The notes under the pieces: generated by a model | Databases searched by the model: none | Told to the model about the DNA's origin: nothing | Seen by the model: the letters and a program-made list of their open reading frames with translations, nothing else | Source of the DNA: Diadema antillarum | Lineage: Eukaryota | Reading direction: 5' to 3' | NCBI RefSeq assembly: GCF_040938485.1 | Contig: NW_027271539.1 | Location: forward strand, 372,001-436,000 | DNA: 64,000 nucleotides | Translations under genes and position numbers: made by a program | In this document: positions 60,971 through 64,000 of the stretch, one piece after another | Numbering within the stretch: the stretch's first letter is position 1 | Layout of the letters: every line of letters starts with the position of its first letter

Positions 60971-62439
60971 ACCATTATTTAAACTCAAGCCTACAGTGCC
61001 CAAGTTAATCATGGAGGTGGCCTTTGTAAAATGAATCAAGGCAAATGGCTTTCTTGAAAAATTAAGTCATGGGCATTGCCAATTTTTTTTTTTTTTTAAA
61101 TTCTGATAAAACATCACTATACCGGTAAGTAAGATTTGACAGGTGTCACAATGTAATTTTGCAGCAATTAACCCATTCCTTACGGGTGTTCCCAAAGTGT
61201 AGACACGAGTGTCTTCATCTGTGGTCGAGATTGTATGTTTGTGTTATGTTGACCAGAAGAATGACTTTGATCAAAAGATTACACTGGTCAGGTTCATCTT
61301 TCAATATCTCTCCTTTTTTTCTGTATCAAAGCTGTGTGTGTTTTTGTCTGATTCACCTTTTCCAGTGTAGGTTGATGTCATGCAATAAAACTCGTATGAA
61401 GACGTACATAGCAATCAAGGCTGATCTCACTATATATTGACTTTTGCTGACCCCATTCAGGTGCCCTTGTACTTCTATGTAGTGTTTAAAACAAAAGTGC
61501 CCTGTGCAGGCTTAATTCATTTCCTACATCCAATCGATGTTTTGCAATGTTCGCGGGCACATGCAGTTAATTGTGGAAAGGGGATCCATGTACTGCTTGA
61601 CTGCCTTGCAAAGGCAGATTATTGACCTGTCCATTTTTAGGTGACCGGCAAAAAAAAAAAAATCTCATTTGTGGGCATCGAAGGTTCCTATTGAATTGTG
61701 GGAGGAATGGGTTAATAATACCAGCCTAGAGTAACTGGGCACTGTACAATAACTTGTAGCTGTCTTACCTTTGGAGTTTGTCCACTTTATATCATGGTTG
61801 CCCAGAAGAAAAAATATAGAGAGGATAAACATTTCATATGAATATGAGTGGTCCCTCAGAACAAGGATTTTGCTAGGCTGGAAAGAAGGAATAGCTGTTG
61901 CAAACTTTTATGCTGATAGCAGACATGTGTAATAAGACATCATTGACTAGTTGTGAATTGATAGTTGCATGTCATTTGATTGTAATAACAATTCATTTCA
62001 TGGTCTCACCGTTGCCTTGATTCTAAGATGGCGTTGATGACATGGGGCATAAATAAGGCATGATATTTACATCTGTCTGCTATCAGGGTCATTCTGTGAT
62101 CCAGACTTAAAGTAGTTAGGTAGTATTGCATAAATCTTTTTATCATACTCACCATATAAATTACTATGAAATGTGGTTGTGAATTTGTATGATCACTCTT
62201 TGACAAACATGGGAACAAGAGCACTGTATTACAATGTAAGAGCTGTCTTTGGAACCAAGTACATCTGCATTGCCTTTGTTTCCCCCCCCCCCCCCCTGCC
62301 ATTTATTAAATCTAGGGACATTTCCCAACTGAAATTAATGTAATTGATTAATTTTGATTGTAATGTTTTATGTTTTTGTTCATAACTTACGTGAAATTGT
62401 GAGGTCAGGTAGGTAAAACAACATTAGGCATGATATCCA

Positions 62440-63228
62440 CATACTTGCCAACTCTACCGCTTTGGGCGGTAGACTACCACTTTTTAGAGGTTTTGACCGG
62501 CTACCGATTTTCTCTTCTGATCTACCGATTTTGTAGCAAACCTACCATAAAATGAAATAGAAGTCGTATCTTCCCTTCATTGTGCGTTGATTCCCTAATA
62601 TAAGCTAGTAATTAGAATACTAATACAGTGATTTCCAGGAACTCGTTCCTCAAAAACGCTGTATTCAGCCTTCTAATATGCACACATGTATGCACACTGT
62701 ATAGTGGCGCACTGAGTAGTCTCTATCATATCTACGTGCGTGCAAGACTTATACACGTATATGTGTAGCTAGAACCACGCACAATAGAAATGTTTTGGTA
62801 GCTCACGTGTGCATGATCCCAGGCGGCCGTGTACGTACGTGATTGTATTAAACATACATGTATTTTCATAAAACTATGTAACTTGTGATAACAATATGTT
62901 TGATTACTTTTTCACATATGCTTAGCCTACAAAAATTATTTACCAATATGTCTGATTTTATTTTTATATGCATAGTCTACAAAATAGTTCATAGATTTAC
63001 ATGGATTATATGTTTTTTTATCAATACCAAGAATCCTTTAAAAAGGTTAAAAAGCATGCACCAAATCCAATATTTTTATAATGAAAAACTTAAAAAGTCC
63101 ACACCGCGGGAGGGGGGACACCCTCCTCCCACACCCTCCCACCCTCGCGTGCAAGCGCGCTCGGGTTTGGTCGCTTCGCTCCCTCGCAAAATCTACCTCT
63201 TCAGGATTTCAAAATGTTGGCAAGTATG
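62440..63228. mobile_element. hAT-like MITE with 6-bp TSD
   Basis: TATCCA|CATACTTGCCAAC...GTTGGCAAGTATG|TATCCA. Confidence 0.85.
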
Positions 63229-63951
63229 TATCCAGTGCCCCATACTACGTGGAGTAAAAACAGTGAGGTTGCAGCATGGCATAGTGATTTAATTGCAGAT
63301 TTTAATTCATCAAAATACTGCGACATTTTTTGGCTATAAAACTTTACTTTGTGGCATAGAATCAGTGATATAAAAAGACTTAAGCCTTTGCATCAGAGAT
63401 TTATGTTCAACAGAAAACTAAGTTCAACGCAGACTATCAGAAGAATCTGATGAAACTACCCATGTACCTATTGTTGGCCAAAGAATATTGACATATCTTG
63501 TCCATCTAACTCTGAATCTATGGGTTTGTTTATAAACTCTTTCTTTCAGCAGAAACAAGTTATCCAAAAAGCTTTCAGGGATATCTTTAGAGATGATAAA
63601 CACAAAGCTGTTTTGATTATGGGGTTCAGAAAGCCTTTTTGAAAACCGCAAAGTTGTGCTTTCCGAAGCAGGTTTCAGCCAGAAACGTTTTTCTAGAACC
63701 GAGAGAAACGCAAAGCCGTTCTGAAGCAATTTTGTGCTGCGCGTGCTGTATAATGACCCCTTCTCCTCAGGTCAAATGGCGCAATGCAGCAACACAGTGA
63801 CATGGCCGGTTTTCTTATTGGCAATGAGTTGATAAATGCAACTTACTGGTATTTTGGAAGACGTTTGTAAAGGACTTTGGAAACAACTTTTGATAGTGGG
63901 TATGGAAAGCCATTTCAAACTTGGGAAAAATTATAAACGCAGCCTTCAGTA

Positions 63952-64000
63952 CAGTTCGACCTCGATTATCTGGCCATGTCGGAAGCGGCGCTCATCCAGA
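63952..64000. mobile_element. Start of a pogo/Tigger-like element, truncated by the window edge
   Basis: TA|CAGTTCGACCTCGATTATC terminus; other end not visible. Confidence 0.45.

Overview
Eukaryotic, AT-rich, repeat-dense genomic DNA. The repeat style suggests a marine invertebrate such as an echinoderm (inference only). It holds two divergently oriented protein-coding genes. (1) A RASD1/RASD2 (Dexras1/Rhes)-family small GTPase on the minus strand: its first coding exon is at 6764-7046 and the rest lies left of the window. (2) RINT1 on the plus strand: 13 coding exons were reconstructed by hand from 26311 to 51639 (2093 nt, all splice phases consistent), and the C-terminal exon(s) were not found in the window. 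Introns and intergenic DNA are filled with non-autonomous DNA transposons (piggyBac-, Kolobok-, Tc1/pogo-, MULE-, Harbinger-, hAT- and Helentron/HINE-like), tRNA-derived SINEs and microsatellites, plus a 156-N assembly gap. Two things stand out. First, inside the RASD intron and between two (TA)n tracts there is a 1.5-kb unit with three minimal hammerhead-ribozyme motifs, two of them mirrored in an apparently perfect 461-bp inverted repeat (Penelope-like/retrozyme-like architecture). Second, RINT1 intron 4 has the signature of a U12-type (minor spliceosome) intron. No database searches or folding programs were run; all coordinates were read by eye.
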